Shown: in pieces, positions 63,199 to 64,000 of the stretch
Layout: every line of letters begins with the position of its first letter
Position numbering within the stretch: position 1 is the first letter of the stretch
Assembly (NCBI GenBank): GCA_902775565.1
Contig: CACYMP010000005.1
Coordinates: 17,911-81,910, forward strand
From: Oscillospiraceae bacterium
GTDB lineage: Bacteria; Bacillota; Clostridia; Saccharofermentanales; Saccharofermentanaceae
Direction of reading: 5' to 3'
DNA: 64,000 bases
The notes under the pieces: generated by a model
The model's database searches: none
Seen by the model: the letters and a program-made list of their open reading frames with translations, nothing else
What the model was told of the DNA's origin: nothing
Position numbers and translations under genes: made by a program

Positions 63199-64000
63199 AT
63201 GGTAAAACGCAGAAAGATCGCTGTTTTTTCTTCTAGTATCTACGAACCTATGGTCCGCACCATGCTTAATGGCGTTATTAAGGCTGCCGAAGAGACAGGC
63301 GACAAGGTTATCTGTTTTACAAGTTTCAGCGATTCGTACAGCAGCAAAGTCTACGATAAGTTCCATCTTTACGATGAAGGTGATGTAGTTGCGATAGAAC
63401 TTCCCGATCTCAATGATTTTGACGGCATTATAAAAGTCGACCAGTCGATGAACGGCCATGCTCACAGCTGCCTTATGAAAAGGCTTCAATCGACCGACCT
63501 TCCTGTAATTAACGTCGGAAGCAAAGAGGACGGGCTTATCAATATCCTCAACGATGAAGTTGCATCGTTCAGCGATATCGTAGATCACGTTATCAAGGTT
63601 CACGGCTGCAAAGATATCTACCATCTGGCAGGCATCAAAGGCAAGTATTTCACAGATGAAAGAATAGATGCATACAAGGACATCCTTATCAGGAACGGCA
63701 TAGAATTTGATCCTGAGAAGGTCTATTACGGAACGCTTTGGAGAGACTGCGGTGAAGCGGCTCTGGATTATTTCATTGAACAGAGCAACAAGCGCGGAAG
63801 AAAGTACCCTGAAGCGATAATATGCGCAAACGACTATTCTGCAATGGGACTCATAGCTGCCTGCAAATCCAGAGGGATAAGGGTCCCCGGAGATATCATA
63901 GTCACGGGATATGACGGAATAGAGGAAGCATATCAGGGCTTACCTTCAATAACAACATCCGAACAGCCGTTCTATGAGTCGGGTTATCAGAGCGTTTATG
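63199..64000 (+). CDS. Partial protein beginning with a LacI/RbsB-type periplasmic-binding-fold sugar-sensor domain (no HTH); continues beyond the window
   Basis: Absent from the track because it has no stop in the window. Hand translation from ATG at 63199 gives MVKRRKIAVFSSSIYEPMVRTMLNGVIKAAEETG...AIICANDYSAMGLIAACKSRGIRVPGDIIVTGYDG. The 63160..63624 minus ORF is its shadow. Confidence 0.6.
   Translation, partial: MVKRRKIAVFSSSIYEPMVRTMLNGVIKAAEETGDKVICFTSFSDSYSSKVYDKFHLYDEGDVVAIELPDLNDFDGIIKVDQSMNGHAHSCLMKRLQSTDLPVINVGSKEDGLINILNDEVASFSDIVDHVIKVHGCKDIYHLAGIKGKYFTDERIDAYKDILIRNGIEFDPEKVYYGTLWRDCGEAALDYFIEQSNKRGRKYPEAIICANDYSAMGLIAACKSRGIRVPGDIIVTGYDGIEEAYQGLPSITTSEQPFYESGYQSVY

Noticed and set aside
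1-64000. Search for phage-defence systems, toxin-antitoxin pairs, prophage or integrative elements, rRNA/tRNA genes and CRISPR
   Set aside because: I recognised no nucleases, ATPases, methyltransferases or reverse transcriptases in defence-type arrangements. I also found no integrase or transposase, no canonical tRNA or rRNA, and no spaced direct-repeat arrays. The WYL protein is linked here to RtcB rather than to a recognisable defence operon.

Overview
Chromosomal segment from an anaerobic Firmicute. Gene content (HydE, LplABC-type sugar ABC system, SpoIIE phosphatase, many GGDEF/EAL proteins, lipobox lipoproteins) suggests Clostridia, probably Lachnospiraceae-like; the taxon is inference only. 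I support about 60 CDSs. I recognised no rRNA, canonical tRNA, CRISPR array, transposase, integrase or prophage genes. Layout: (1) 1-3.6 kb, signalling genes (PP2C phosphatase, GGDEF). (2) 3.7-6.3 kb, tightly coupled four-gene redox operon. (3) 6.9-11.0 kb, the most interesting locus: a divergent WYL regulator, a tRNA-like non-coding element, a DUF2828 solenoid+vWA protein, a twin-hairpin spacer, then RtcB RNA ligase. This parallels the architecture of the Ro60/Y-RNA/RtcB RNA-repair operon. (4) 11-15.3 kb, MATE pump, transglutaminase-like lipoprotein, GGDEF-EAL protein. (5) 15.4-28.4 kb, complete glucuronate/hexuronate catabolic island (gntR, uxuB, uxuA, yesL, lplBCA-type ABC, uxaC, eda, kdgK, araC). 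(6) 28.5-36.5 kb, ABC-2 exporter and small detoxification/hydrolase genes with a TetR regulator. (7) 36.5-43.7 kb, two two-component systems around an ABC module with two atypical paralogous permeases. (8) 44.2 kb, hydE. (9) 45.3-56.4 kb, cell-envelope locus with two tandem YidC-insertase::LtaS-like sulfatase-fold fusion proteins, a TagF-like transferase, a divergent HTH-LicC-LicA fusion, a second cytidylyltransferase and a BCCT transporter. (10) 56.4-64 kb, NlpC/P60 lipoprotein, GNAT/nitroreductase genes, a methyltransferase, a membrane-tethered XRE regulator with a YhfC intramembrane protease, and a partial sugar-binding-domain gene. All calls rest on motif recognition from memory and hand inspection. 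Coordinates of small hand-indexed elements may be off by 1-2 nt.
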